In this document: one piece after another, positions 63,156 to 64,000 of the stretch
Layout: each line of letters begins with the position of its first letter
Numbering within the stretch: the first letter of the stretch is position 1
Assembly: GCF_018350175.1 (NCBI RefSeq)
Contig: NC_058368.1
Location: 163,000,001-163,064,000, forward strand
Reading direction: 5' to 3'
Length of the DNA: 64,000 nucleotides
Source: Felis catus
Lineage: Eukaryota
The notes under the pieces: generated by a model
Databases searched by the model: none
Told to the model about the DNA's origin: nothing
What the model saw: the letters and a program-made list of their open reading frames with translations, nothing else
Made by a program: the position numbers and the translations under genes

Positions 63156-64000
63156 AAACTACTTCAAAAATCTTTTAACTGATGCTCCCCACCTCCATCC
63201 CTAATCTTAGACATGCATATCCCAATTAACTCTGTACTCTGCAGCCAGTGATTATCTATCTGTCTATAACCTGGGCACTTAATCTTCAGCCCACAGTGCA
63301 AACAGTGCATAGTGCTCCTCTGGGGAGAAGGAAAGATGGTCAGGGAAGCAGTCTGCCTCCTTCTCTAGTTGAATGACATCCACAAGGGCTTCCTTTTGCT
63401 GCCCAATTTCTCATAGAAAAGTTGTAGATGCCTGCCATTCCCAGATGGTAGGGGAGGGGGAGGGGTGGAGAGGGGAGGGTGACAGAGGAGGATAGTATTT
63501 TCAATTCCTTGTTACCGGTGAACCTAAATACATAGCACAGCAAGCAAGGATCTAGACAGGTCTTTACTTAAGTTTCAGAGGATAAAAATGCAAATTGTGT
63601 TGAGTGGGAAGGTGGGGCCAGGGTGGACATGGGATAGCTTTGTATCCCTAGTTTATTGAGTTACCATCCTTGAAGGTCCCTTCCTAGACCTTCAGCATGT
63701 CTCCACGTGGATGTTCCCTCCAATGGCAGAGTGACTCCTCATGGACCCCTTCCTCTCTCTTCCTTGTGCTGTCCTCTTCTTGACTCCCCTGTGCTTGGAG
63801 TTTTTACTACTTCCCCCTCCCTTCTTAGATAGTGGACTTTTACCCAACAGTTATCAGGCTTCTGGCCTCTTTTTAGGTCTCGGAAATCTTTATGGTCTCC
63901 AAGTTGTATGATGAGGGTTGCTGGTTGTGAGTTGTGCATCAGTCCTAGACATTCTCTCTCTATTCACTTCTACTGCTGGTTAAGGGGAGAAGGGGAGTTT

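Noticed and set aside
1..64000. Prokaryotic-type systems (operons, CRISPR arrays, defence or retron loci)
   Set aside because: The DNA is mammalian. Recurring sequences are dispersed SINEs, L1s and TSDs rather than regular repeat-spacer arrays, and the reverse transcriptase motifs belong to ordinary LINE-1.

Overview
This is mammalian genomic DNA, not prokaryotic. It is almost certainly felid (cat family), judged from many tRNA-derived carnivore CanSINEs including six young Felis-type copies with near-perfect target-site duplications (TSDs), plus carnivore/felid L1 3' ends. The window is AT-rich and repeat-dense, has no CpG island and contains no recognisable host protein-coding gene, so it is intergenic or deep intronic. 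The listed ORFs are LINE-1 ORF1/ORF2 fragments, SINE or microsatellite artefacts, or chance ORFs. I found no convincing new biological system. The most informative structure is transposon history: (i) a ~14.1 kb stack of three L1s and three SINEs splitting one small hAT DNA transposon (33132-47608); (ii) five same-strand retro-insertions at copies of one GGATTTTT/AA target (50556-52204); (iii) a twin-priming L1 inversion and a second inversion bounded by 20-bp inverted repeats; (iv) microsatellites born at the same L1 site in four copies. There are also candidate CTCF sites, an enhancer-like motif cluster and two candidate small exons, all unverified. Repeat family names come from recalled consensus sequences, not a database search, and boundaries without a TSD are approximate.
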